Assembly: GCA_947367845.1 (NCBI GenBank)
Contig: CANBES010000006.1
Location: 1,603 to 65,602, forward strand
DNA length: 64,000 nucleotides
Reading direction: 5' to 3'
Source of the DNA: an uncultured Clostridium sp.
GTDB lineage: Bacteria; Bacillota; Clostridia; TANB77; CAG-508
Below the pieces are notes generated by a model. The model was not told where the DNA came from. It worked only from the letters and a program-made list of their open reading frames with translations, and ran no database searches. Below are positions 8,030 through 15,877 of this stretch, piece by piece. Position numbers and translations under genes: made by a program. Each line of letters begins with the position of its first letter. Position 1 is the stretch's first letter.

Positions 8030-8058
8030 ATTATACACTATTTTTATAACATTGTCAA
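8030..8058 (-). promoter_or_regulatory. Consensus sigma-A promoter driving the repeat-toxin transcript
   Basis: Minus strand reads TTGACA, 17 nt, TATAAT, about 30 nt upstream of the first repeat. Confidence 0.6.
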
Positions 8059-8071
8059 ACAAATTTTTACA

Positions 8072-8449
8072 CTAATTTCTTTTTTCCTTTATTTTATTCA
8101 AATTAGGAAATGTAGCAACAACAATATCTTTTAAGATTTCTAATTCTTCTTCATCACACTTATCAATGATATTTTTCAATATTTCTTTATTGGTGTATTC
8201 TTTATTATTACTCATTCTTTCTCCATATAATAAATAATCAGAAGATTCTTTTAATTTTGAACATATTTGATGCAATGTATGTATGCTACAACTCTTGTCG
8301 CCTTTTTCTAAACTCAAAAGATAATTTTCAGTTCTATCTATCATTTCAGATGCTTTTTCTCTTGTTAATCCTATACTTTCCCTCGCATTTTTTGTTCTTT
8401 CTCCAAAGCCCTTCCAGTCTGTATATTCCTTTTTATCTGTTCTGCTCAT
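8072..8449 (-). CDS. XRE-family HTH protein
   Basis: FGERTKNARESIGLTREKASEMIDRTENYLLSLEKGDKSCSIHTLHQICSKLKESSDYLLYGE is a Cro/C1-type HTH. Confidence 0.7.
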   Translation of the reverse strand: MSRTDKKEYTDWKGFGERTKNARESIGLTREKASEMIDRTENYLLSLEKGDKSCSIHTLHQICSKLKESSDYLLYGERMSNNKEYTNKEILKNIIDKCDEEELEILKDIVVATFPNLNKIKEKRN

Positions 8450-8601
8450 TATTTCGCCCCCATACCAACAATAATTTTTATAATTTCTGTTAGTATTATC
8501 TCATTTTAGGCAAAATAATATTAGAAACCAATAATAATTTATATTATTATTATTAGTCATTTTATAAGCAAATAAAAATACGATTTTAAATCGCTTTGAG
8601 T

Positions 8602-9108
8602 TTACATTTTTTGTTTTATCAATTTCATATACTTATCATTTAATTTTTGTAAATATTCAAGGTTAGCATTAGTAATTTGAGTATTTTTTACTACCCCATC
8701 TTCTTGCATTTCGTCAAAGTATCTATTGTTTAAGTATAATAGTTGTTCAACTATTTCTTGCTCATCAATATTACAAGCTCTCAATGTTGCATATACATAA
8801 ACATTATTTGAAAAATGATTTAATTCTTCCTCTTGAGCATTAGGAAAAGATTTCCTCACTTCTTCCTTTATTTTTATTGTCATTTCTAATCTAAATGGCT
8901 TGTTCAATAATTCGCTATAATCTTTCACAATTTTCTTCTTTTCATTTTCTAAATATTGTTTTGCTTCTAAATATTTTGCAATTACTTTATCTGTTACTAC
9001 TGATTGTTCATATAGTTTATCATATTCAGTTGCATTATCAACAAGTCTATTTAGTTCATTTTCTGCATTAGTAATATCTTGATCTAGCTTTACAATGTCA
9101 TACTTCAT
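8602..9108 (-). CDS. Hypothetical coiled-coil protein
   Basis: Intact ORF. ATG 9108 is preceded by AGGAGG. I recognised no family. Confidence 0.45.
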   Translation of the reverse strand: MKYDIVKLDQDITNAENELNRLVDNATEYDKLYEQSVVTDKVIAKYLEAKQYLENEKKKIVKDYSELLNKPFRLEMTIKIKEEVRKSFPNAQEEELNHFSNNVYVYATLRACNIDEQEIVEQLLYLNNRYFDEMQEDGVVKNTQITNANLEYLQKLNDKYMKLIKQKM

Positions 9109-9206
9109 AAATTTCCTCCTTTCATTTTCAAGGTTGTGCCTTTCAAATTGTAGCATAAAAAAATGATAAAATCAACATACTTACAATAAAAGGAAGGAAT
9201 TTTTTT

Positions 9207-9491
9207 ATGAGCAATAATAGAAATCCATATAATGGGCTAAAAGGCAGATTAAATGTTACTGGCGAAAATATAAATCGTATTAGAGTACAGCAAAATTTAT
9301 CTGCACAAGCATTATCTGATAAACTAATTATGATTGGTTTAGATATTCATAGGCAAGCTATTTACGATATTGAATCTGGAAAAAGAACTGTAGCTGATTA
9401 TGAACTTTGTGCAATAGCAGAAATGTTAGATACAACTTCTGATGCACTACTAAAAGATTTTTCTAAATATGTAAAAAAAGAAAAAAATTAA
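9207..9491 (+). CDS. XRE-family HTH protein
   Basis: IRVQQNLSAQALSDKLIMIGLDIHRQAIYDIESGKRTVADYELCAIAEMLDTTSDALL. Confidence 0.75.
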   Translation: MSNNRNPYNGLKGRLNVTGENINRIRVQQNLSAQALSDKLIMIGLDIHRQAIYDIESGKRTVADYELCAIAEMLDTTSDALLKDFSKYVKKEKN

Positions 9492-9602
9492 AAGAGATTA
9501 CTAAAATTTGAAATAGTAATCTCTTTATTTATACAAATTGTAACTTATTTATAAAGTCTTTTTACTTGATATTCATAATGACTATCTGATTCTAAATTTG
9601 TT

Positions 9603-10493
9603 TTATGCAAATTTTATAGAATCAATAATAAATTTACTAATTTCTTTCCATTCATCTTCTAGTTCTTTGGTGCAATTAAAATTAACTAATCTTAATTTAC
9701 CATCAACTGAAAATGCTATTATATGATTATATATTTCTGTATCTGAAGCCTGTGTTGTAAATTCTATTTCTCCAATTTTATGATTATTTATTTCCCAAAA
9801 GTTTACTTTTACATCTTTTGAATAATTTTTATATGTAGATTCCATTGTTTTTATATATTCTTCTATTTGAGTATTTTTCATTGCTACATCATTCATAACT
9901 AATGCTACATTTATTGTTCCTCTTTCATTTGTATAAACTAATGATGGTGGATTTCCATTTGGATATTTTACATTTAACATTTCATCACTCATTATTTTAA
10001 ATTCGGTTGGTATCTTTAGTGAAAAGCCTCCAAAATCTTCATATTGTGTTTTAATTATATTTCCTTTATTACTTGTAATCTCCAATGTATTTTCTATTTC
10101 ACTAATATACGGATCTTTATTAACAGATATATTTGTTATTGTAATAATACCACTAATTAAGGCAGCTACTATACTTATAACTAATACTATTTTTAAAGAT
10201 TTTGTTTTATCTTTATATTCTGGTATTTTACTTTCCTTATTGTATATTTGATACATCTCTTTTATATCTTTATCATTTTTTACATCTATAAGAATTATTG
10301 GAATTGCAATTATCATAATTAAAATTGAATTGATTATAGTTATATTATTGAGAATTAAATTTTTGCTTGTTGCAAAAACATTTCCTACAACCATTATCAT
10401 TGTAAGCAATATAATAATTATTTCATAAACATAGTAGTCCTTAAATGCTTTGTTTTCTTTTTTCATCATTTTTTTAAATTCACTTTTTTTCAT
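9603..10493 (-). CDS. Membrane protein (3 TM helices plus a soluble C-terminal domain), unknown function
   Basis: Hydrophobic segments VYEIIIILLTMIMVVGNVF, ILIMIIAIPIILI and IVLVISIVAALISGIITI. ATG 10493 follows GGAGG. Confidence 0.5.
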   Translation of the reverse strand: MKKSEFKKMMKKENKAFKDYYVYEIIIILLTMIMVVGNVFATSKNLILNNITIINSILIMIIAIPIILIDVKNDKDIKEMYQIYNKESKIPEYKDKTKSLKIVLVISIVAALISGIITITNISVNKDPYISEIENTLEITSNKGNIIKTQYEDFGGFSLKIPTEFKIMSDEMLNVKYPNGNPPSLVYTNERGTINVALVMNDVAMKNTQIEEYIKTMESTYKNYSKDVKVNFWEINNHKIGEIEFTTQASDTEIYNHIIAFSVDGKLRLVNFNCTKELEDEWKEISKFIIDSIKFA

Positions 10494-10544
10494 ATTTTCC
10501 TCCAATTTACTATTTTTAATATACTACGAACTTGCAATTTTTAA

Positions 10545-10898
10545 TTATTTCAACACTTCATTTAATTCTTCTAGTGATAATCCTCTAATTAATATATTAT
10601 TATCTTTTTCATCAATAACAAATTTCATAAGTCTATTTATTGCTTCATAATAATCTATATCTCCTAAAACTCCATTATTTGTTGTACTTACAAGCATTAG
10701 TTTCCATTCATCAACCTCTGTATTATTTACTTTATACAATAATCTCGGATTTTTAGGAAAGGAAGTTAAAGTGCCTTCTGTTAGTGCAAATGCACCAAAT
10801 GGCTTACTATCTTTACCATTATAAAAATTTGGCTTTCCTATATAAGCATTTTCCCAATTATTATTTTCTTTTTTCTTAAATTTATCAAATAATCCCAT
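10545..10898 (-). CDS. Hypothetical 117-aa protein
   Basis: Intact ORF. It shares the N-terminal MGLFxKxKKK with the next gene and has its own promoter module. Confidence 0.45.
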   Translation of the reverse strand: MGLFDKFKKKENNNWENAYIGKPNFYNGKDSKPFGAFALTEGTLTSFPKNPRLLYKVNNTEVDEWKLMLVSTTNNGVLGDIDYYEAINRLMKFVIDEKDNNILIRGLSLEELNEVLK

Positions 10899-10941
10899 AA
10901 TTACATCTCCAATCTTTTTATAAATTACTATTCATGTTACG

Positions 10942-10970
10942 ATTATATAATAAAAGACAGATAATTTCAA
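10942..10970 (-). promoter_or_regulatory. Sigma-A promoter (TTGAAA-17-TATAAT) inside a repeated intergenic module
   Basis: Fwd tttcaa at 10965-10970 and attata at 10942-10947. The surrounding ~90 bp is homologous to 11800-11890. Confidence 0.5.
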
Positions 10971-11003
10971 CTTATTATCTTCTTCACGAATTGTAATTTG
11001 TAA

Positions 11004-11786
11004 TTATAATCCAAATAAATCTGGGTTTACTAATGGTACAATCAATTCACAAATATCGTTATTCGAATCATACCCCCAATAACTTTGATAAAAGCCATCA
11101 CCCAATCCACTAGCAACCATAACTAGCTTATTTTTTGTATTAGGATTTTCCCATTCTATGAAATCTCCACCTTTTCTTTGATATTGTGGAAATTTTTCAT
11201 AACTTTCTTTAAATAGTTTAGCAAAATAATCATCATAGTGGTTTCCGTCTGGATTATCTTCATACCACTCATTTATAAAATCTTTATACTCTTTTGCAAC
11301 TTGTTCATCACAAATAGAAATCATACCTGCATCAACTGGAAAGCCACTTAATACTCCGTCTGTTCCAATAAATGCTGCACTTTCTTCGGTAGGATTAGCC
11401 AACTTATATAATATTGCTACTGTTTTCTTTATTTTCAATCTAACAGTACACATACGAACTCCTACCTCGTTACTTCTACAAATAGAAATTTCAACTGGAT
11501 ATTCTCCAACTGGCACTTGAATATTAAGAACTGGACTGTATTTATTTGATGGTAAATATGCAAGAGGATCAGCAACAACTATTTTACCTGTTGGACAATC
11601 AACTTTTCCAATGGTTAAATAAAATCTTGTATCACTTTTTACAAATTGTCCTCTTATAACATCAACATCTTTTTCGGTACTTGAAATATATTTTAAATTA
11701 GCCTCAAATCCCTTTCTAATGTCTATTTGTGTATTTTGCTCTTTGTCTACATTTACATTTTTCTTCTTTTTATTAAATAATCCCAT
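11004..11786 (-). CDS. DUF4241-like protein
   Basis: GKIVVADPLAYL, FPVDAGMISICD and SGLGDGFYQSYWGYD resemble the DUF4241 pattern as I remember it. Not verified. Confidence 0.5.
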   Translation of the reverse strand: MGLFNKKKKNVNVDKEQNTQIDIRKGFEANLKYISSTEKDVDVIRGQFVKSDTRFYLTIGKVDCPTGKIVVADPLAYLPSNKYSPVLNIQVPVGEYPVEISICRSNEVGVRMCTVRLKIKKTVAILYKLANPTEESAAFIGTDGVLSGFPVDAGMISICDEQVAKEYKDFINEWYEDNPDGNHYDDYFAKLFKESYEKFPQYQRKGGDFIEWENPNTKNKLVMVASGLGDGFYQSYWGYDSNNDICELIVPLVNPDLFGL

Positions 11787-11823
11787 AATCAATCTCCTTC
11801 ACAACTTACTAATTGATGTTATC

Positions 11824-11852
11824 ATTATATAATAAAAGACTGATATTATCAA
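11824..11852 (-). promoter_or_regulatory. Sigma-A promoter (TTGATA-17-TATAAT), second copy of the repeated module
   Basis: Fwd tatcaa at 11847-11852 and attata at 11824-11829. Confidence 0.5.
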
Positions 11853-11972
11853 CTAATCATCTGCTCTATAACTTGTAATTTATGATTTACTTATTACTTT
11901 TTTCTGTCAACTTTTTTGTTTACACTATTGCTAATAATATAGAAATTTGAAATATAGCTACTGATAAAATTC

Positions 11973-12887
11973 TTATTTTCCATTTTCAAATTTTAATTTT
12001 TTTTGGCGCTTAGCTTCAAATTTCCAATAACCATGATTACGATTTCGATGTTTTTTTTGAATCTTGTTTTGATTGTTTTTCATGTCTTGTTCAGCATTTA
12101 ATATAATAGCTTTTTTTTCGTTGGAAACAAATTTAAGAAAAACATCATATAGGTACAGCCATCCATCGTATGAGATTTCAGTAAGCGTTGACTCTAATTT
12201 AATTTTTAAAAACTTGCAAATGCGTTTTTGTTGCTCATAAGTAAACAATTTTTTTGTTTTATCTTTGAAAGTATTTCCAGATGCTAAAAATATATATGAC
12301 AGAAAATTTCTATAGTCTATCGCATCCTCAACATCAGCAGATGTTTTTCTTTGAAAGTGAGCAAAACATATTCGTGCATTTGGCACAGGATAAAAATCTG
12401 ATGGTTTAAACTCATAAATCAATTCAGCGGAAAACCAAGGTTTGTATAAAAGAGACCTCAAACTTTCGTTATAAAAGGGCTGTCCAGAATACCTGAGAAA
12501 AGCCTCATACTGCATTATGAAATATATATCTTCAGGAGGATTATCGGCTTCAAATACCTTTTTCACAATATCAGCAGTTATGTTAAATGGAATATTTGCA
12601 CATACTTTATATGGTTCTTTTACTGATATTTTATATTTTAAAAAATCCATCTCTATTATTTGAACTTTTTTAGATTCTTTATACTTTTCAGATAAAGTTT
12701 TCGCTAATTTCGCATCAAACTCTATTGCTATAACTTGCTTGCTTTTTTTTGCAAGTTCAATGGTAATAATTCCTTTTCCAGGACCTATCTCAATTATAAT
12801 ATCGTCGTTACAAATATTACTCTTTGATAACAAAGTCGCTACAAGTTGTTTACTATGTAAATAATTTTGCGAATGTTCTATTCCCAT
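11973..12887 (-). CDS. Erm-family 23S rRNA adenine N6-methyltransferase homologue (304 aa, long basic tail)
   Basis: SQNYL, EIGPGKGIIT (SAM motif) and NIPFNIT (catalytic motif) are collinear with ErmB. There is an extra ~55-aa Lys/Arg-rich C-terminus. The allele is not identified. Confidence 0.75.
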   Translation of the reverse strand: MGIEHSQNYLHSKQLVATLLSKSNICNDDIIIEIGPGKGIITIELAKKSKQVIAIEFDAKLAKTLSEKYKESKKVQIIEMDFLKYKISVKEPYKVCANIPFNITADIVKKVFEADNPPEDIYFIMQYEAFLRYSGQPFYNESLRSLLYKPWFSAELIYEFKPSDFYPVPNARICFAHFQRKTSADVEDAIDYRNFLSYIFLASGNTFKDKTKKLFTYEQQKRICKFLKIKLESTLTEISYDGWLYLYDVFLKFVSNEKKAIILNAEQDMKNNQNKIQKKHRNRNHGYWKFEAKRQKKLKFENGK

Positions 12888-12924
12888 AAATACCTCCTTT
12901 ACAAATTACTATTAGTCTTTCAAC

Positions 12925-13107
12925 TTAACTATATAAAATATTGCTAAATTTCTTATTAAGATTACTTATATCTTTTGAACTCTGATTCATAATATAATCT
13001 GTTACTTTTATTTTTAAGTTTTCTCTTTCTTCTTTTGTATAATCTTTATCTTCAACATATATTCCTGCCTCATTAAATAATTGTTTTTCACTTTTTGAAT
13101 ATTTCAT
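12925..13107 (-). CDS. Hypothetical 60-aa protein
   Basis: ORF only. Confidence 0.3.
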   Translation of the reverse strand: MKYSKSEKQLFNEAGIYVEDKDYTKEERENLKIKVTDYIMNQSSKDISNLNKKFSNILYS

Positions 13108-13144
13108 TATTACATCCTCTTTTCCATATTTTAATTCATCTAAA

Positions 13145-13408
13145 TTATTCCCTTATTGCTACCATAAGTTCATTGTCTTGTACTGTTCTATTTGCATTTT
13201 GATATGTAAATTTTGCACCTGTGAAATAAACTTTATAATCTATACCTTCTAGTCTTGTTTTACATAGTGCTAAAAATTTGTCAACTTCCTCTTCTGATAA
13301 ATTATGCTTAACTCTTAATTCATAGAAAGTAAAGATAATTTCATTTTCATTTTTTATCATCTTTTCATTTATAAGATTCTCTACAAATTGCGTTGTCATT
13401 GTTTCCAC
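13145..13408 (-). CDS. Hypothetical 87-aa protein
   Basis: ORF only. It lies at the distal end of the transfer operon. Confidence 0.4.
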   Translation of the reverse strand: METMTTQFVENLINEKMIKNENEIIFTFYELRVKHNLSEEEVDKFLALCKTRLEGIDYKVYFTGAKFTYQNANRTVQDNELMVAIRE

Positions 13409-13517
13409 TCCATTCTGTATTGCATTATATCATTTATTTTTCATTTTGTCTTTAAAAAACAAAAAAATCGCAGAAGAAATACTTATTTTTTATAAGTAGC
13501 TCTTCTGCTTATTTTTA

Positions 13518-15122
13518 TTAGTACATTGGCGTTCCATACCCTAAAATATCTAAACTGTTTATATCATAATCTCTTCTGCAACAACTATCGCTCGAATTTC
13601 CCTCTATTGTATAAACTCTTCCATTTTCTGTTTTTTCTACTATACCTACATGATCTGCTTGTCCATTCCTTACTCCTGTTTCTTTATCTGCCCAGTCAAA
13701 GAAAATAATGTCCCCTGGTTTTGGAGAGAATCCTTTTTCTTTCCAAAGTCCACAAGTTCTAAACCAGTCTACACCTTCACTCTGACACCCAGCAAATTTG
13801 GGAATAATTCCTGCTTCAATGTAGCCACATTCATTAGCACACCACGAAACAAAGCAAGCACACCATTCCACACGAGAATCATATCCATACCAACTCCAAT
13901 ATGGTTGTCCTCCAACATTTCCTATTTGTGAAGCTGCAACTAGCACAATATCGTTACTTCCAACAGATGAGCCATATATTACTGATGACCACATATTAGC
14001 ATATTTATTATCTGTTAACTCTAGTAGTTGTTCTCTTTGTGCTTGAGTAAAGTTGTATTTGTCTGCCATTTCATTTGCTGTTTTTCCTGTTATTGTAATA
14101 TGCAACTTAACTTTTGTTACTGTTACTCTGTCAGTAGATGCAAAACCTATTCTTATTTCTTCATGACTTTCTTCATCTTTTGTAAATGATATTTCATTCA
14201 TTTCCCAAAAAATCTCTTTTAGAAGATTAACCTTTTCATCATTTAAGGTTATTACATCTGCTTCATTATTACCATTGCTTAATTTAACTGTGTATATTGC
14301 TAGTACATCTTTCCATTCTGCTCTATGCGAATTTATATCATACTCATCATAAGGATTATCTTTCTGTATTTGTGTTATCTTATTCATAAATTCTGTATTT
14401 AAGTCTGCTATTACTTGATTCATTGTTACTACTTGTTGTTGTCCATTTACAGTTATTGTACTACCTGTATCTTCACTTGAAAAGAAAATGCCAAAAATCG
14501 AACTAACTAGCATTGCTATTAAGCAAACTACAATTATAATTAGGACAACGATCCACCCACCTGCTACTAAAAATGCAATTAGTGCTTTTGTTGCAACTAT
14601 GATAGCCTTTATTGCTGCTATCGTTGCTTTTATTCCTACTTTTATTGCCTTTACTGTTGCTTTAGCTGTTGCCTTTGCCATTTGTATTGCTCTTTTAGTT
14701 GCTTTGGCTGTTGTTTTTGCTACCTGCTTTGTTGTTTTAACTGTTCTTTCTGCTGTTTTTATTTCTTTTTTTATAGTCTTTGTTGCATTTTTCATTTGTT
14801 TTACTACTTTTTTGGCATGATTTTTCTTTTTTATCGTTTTCATTTTTTGATTTACATTTTGAATATTTTGTACTGTCTTGTCAAAATTCTTTTTTCCATA
14901 TTTATTAAATCTATAAATATTATTAGGTAGATTACTTGCTGTTTTTGATATTTTATTTATTGCATACTCTGTTCCACTATCACTTGTTTCTTCTTGGTAT
15001 GTTTCTTTTGTTTTGTCCTTTGCTTGTACTAATCTGTCTTTCATTTTCTCTGTGCCAACTACTGCTTTGTTAATTGTTTTTACTGTTCCTTTTTTGCTTT
15101 CTTTAACTTTAATATCTGCCAA
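13518..15122 (-). CDS. Conjugative cell-wall hydrolase: Lys-rich N-terminus, TM helix, CHAP/NlpC-P60 domain
   Basis: C-terminus WCACFVSWCANECGY..GDIIFFDW..ADHVGIVE..TIEGNS has the CHAP Cys-His arrangement. TM segment LVAGGWIVVLIIIVVCLIAMLV. Confidence 0.8.
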   Translation of the reverse strand: MADIKVKESKKGTVKTINKAVVGTEKMKDRLVQAKDKTKETYQEETSDSGTEYAINKISKTASNLPNNIYRFNKYGKKNFDKTVQNIQNVNQKMKTIKKKNHAKKVVKQMKNATKTIKKEIKTAERTVKTTKQVAKTTAKATKRAIQMAKATAKATVKAIKVGIKATIAAIKAIIVATKALIAFLVAGGWIVVLIIIVVCLIAMLVSSIFGIFFSSEDTGSTITVNGQQQVVTMNQVIADLNTEFMNKITQIQKDNPYDEYDINSHRAEWKDVLAIYTVKLSNGNNEADVITLNDEKVNLLKEIFWEMNEISFTKDEESHEEIRIGFASTDRVTVTKVKLHITITGKTANEMADKYNFTQAQREQLLELTDNKYANMWSSVIYGSSVGSNDIVLVAASQIGNVGGQPYWSWYGYDSRVEWCACFVSWCANECGYIEAGIIPKFAGCQSEGVDWFRTCGLWKEKGFSPKPGDIIFFDWADKETGVRNGQADHVGIVEKTENGRVYTIEGNSSDSCCRRDYDINSLDILGYGTPMY

Positions 15123-15133
15123 ACAAATACCTC

Positions 15134-15877
15134 CTAATTGTTTATTTTTCTTGCAATAACTACTAATCTTCCGTTCTTATTGCTATATTCACAAGTAGAA
15201 AGTGTAATAAATTTATCTTGATATTGAGGGTTTATATTTGTTTCATAAAATGATAATTCTTTACACCTATTTATAAATATATTGAACTCATCTTCGCTAC
15301 TAAAATTTACAAAATTGTAATATTTAAAAGTATTTTTGCTATATACTACTGTTTTAAATACTGCAAAAATTTCATATTTTTGTTTTTCTTCTAATGTTGT
15401 AAACTCTATAACCTTATGATTTTCGTAAAATTCTTTTGATTTATAATCTTCTAATGCTCCAAATACCTTTTTATGATTCATGTGATGTCCATAAATTACA
15501 AGGTTATCGCTTGTATTTATACTACATTCTTCTGACATATAAGGTGTTCCATAAGATGAATACTTTTTATAAAAATCTCTATGCAAATAATAGTTAGGAT
15601 CACTTTTTGTCTGCATTATTGGGTAATTTATTGTTGTATCGTTTATTCTTAACCAACCTACAATATCACTATTGATAGCATATAAGTTATCTATATTTAT
15701 TACTGTTTCTTCTTGTTCTTTTTCTTCTGGATTTGTTTGTTCTACTATTTCAATTAGTTCTTCAAAATTGTTTTCTTGTTCTTTATTTTGTTTCAATTCT
15801 TTATAAATACAATAACTGCTAATAAGAATTGAACTTATTAGCAGCATAATGCAAAATACATACAATACTTTTTTCAC
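15134..15877 (-). CDS. srtB: Class B sortase
   Basis: NSDIVGWLRINDTTINYPIMQ..YYLHRDF..VIYGHHM..TLSTC..R. GTG start at 15877 with SD GGAGAAGG. It overlaps the restored VirB4 stop by 1 nt. The ORF-track N-terminal 108 aa belong to VirB4. Confidence 0.8.
   Translation of the reverse strand: MKKVLYVFCIMLLISSILISSYCIYKELKQNKEQENNFEELIEIVEQTNPEEKEQEETVINIDNLYAINSDIVGWLRINDTTINYPIMQTKSDPNYYLHRDFYKKYSSYGTPYMSEECSINTSDNLVIYGHHMNHKKVFGALEDYKSKEFYENHKVIEFTTLEEKQKYEIFAVFKTVVYSKNTFKYYNFVNFSSEDEFNIFINRCKELSFYETNINPQYQDKFITLSTCEYSNKNGRLVVIARKINN

Noticed and set aside
14488-14930. Plus-strand ORFs 14488..14820 and 14682..14930, and many similar antisense or alternate-frame ORFs (2689..2889, 7118..7660, 24090..24809, 26004..26912, 43743..44595, 53977..54948 and others)
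   Set aside because: They lie fully inside strong minus-strand genes with clear homology. They encode Phe/Leu/Ile/Ser-rich low-complexity strings typical of shadow frames in AT-rich DNA, and they lack SD sequences.
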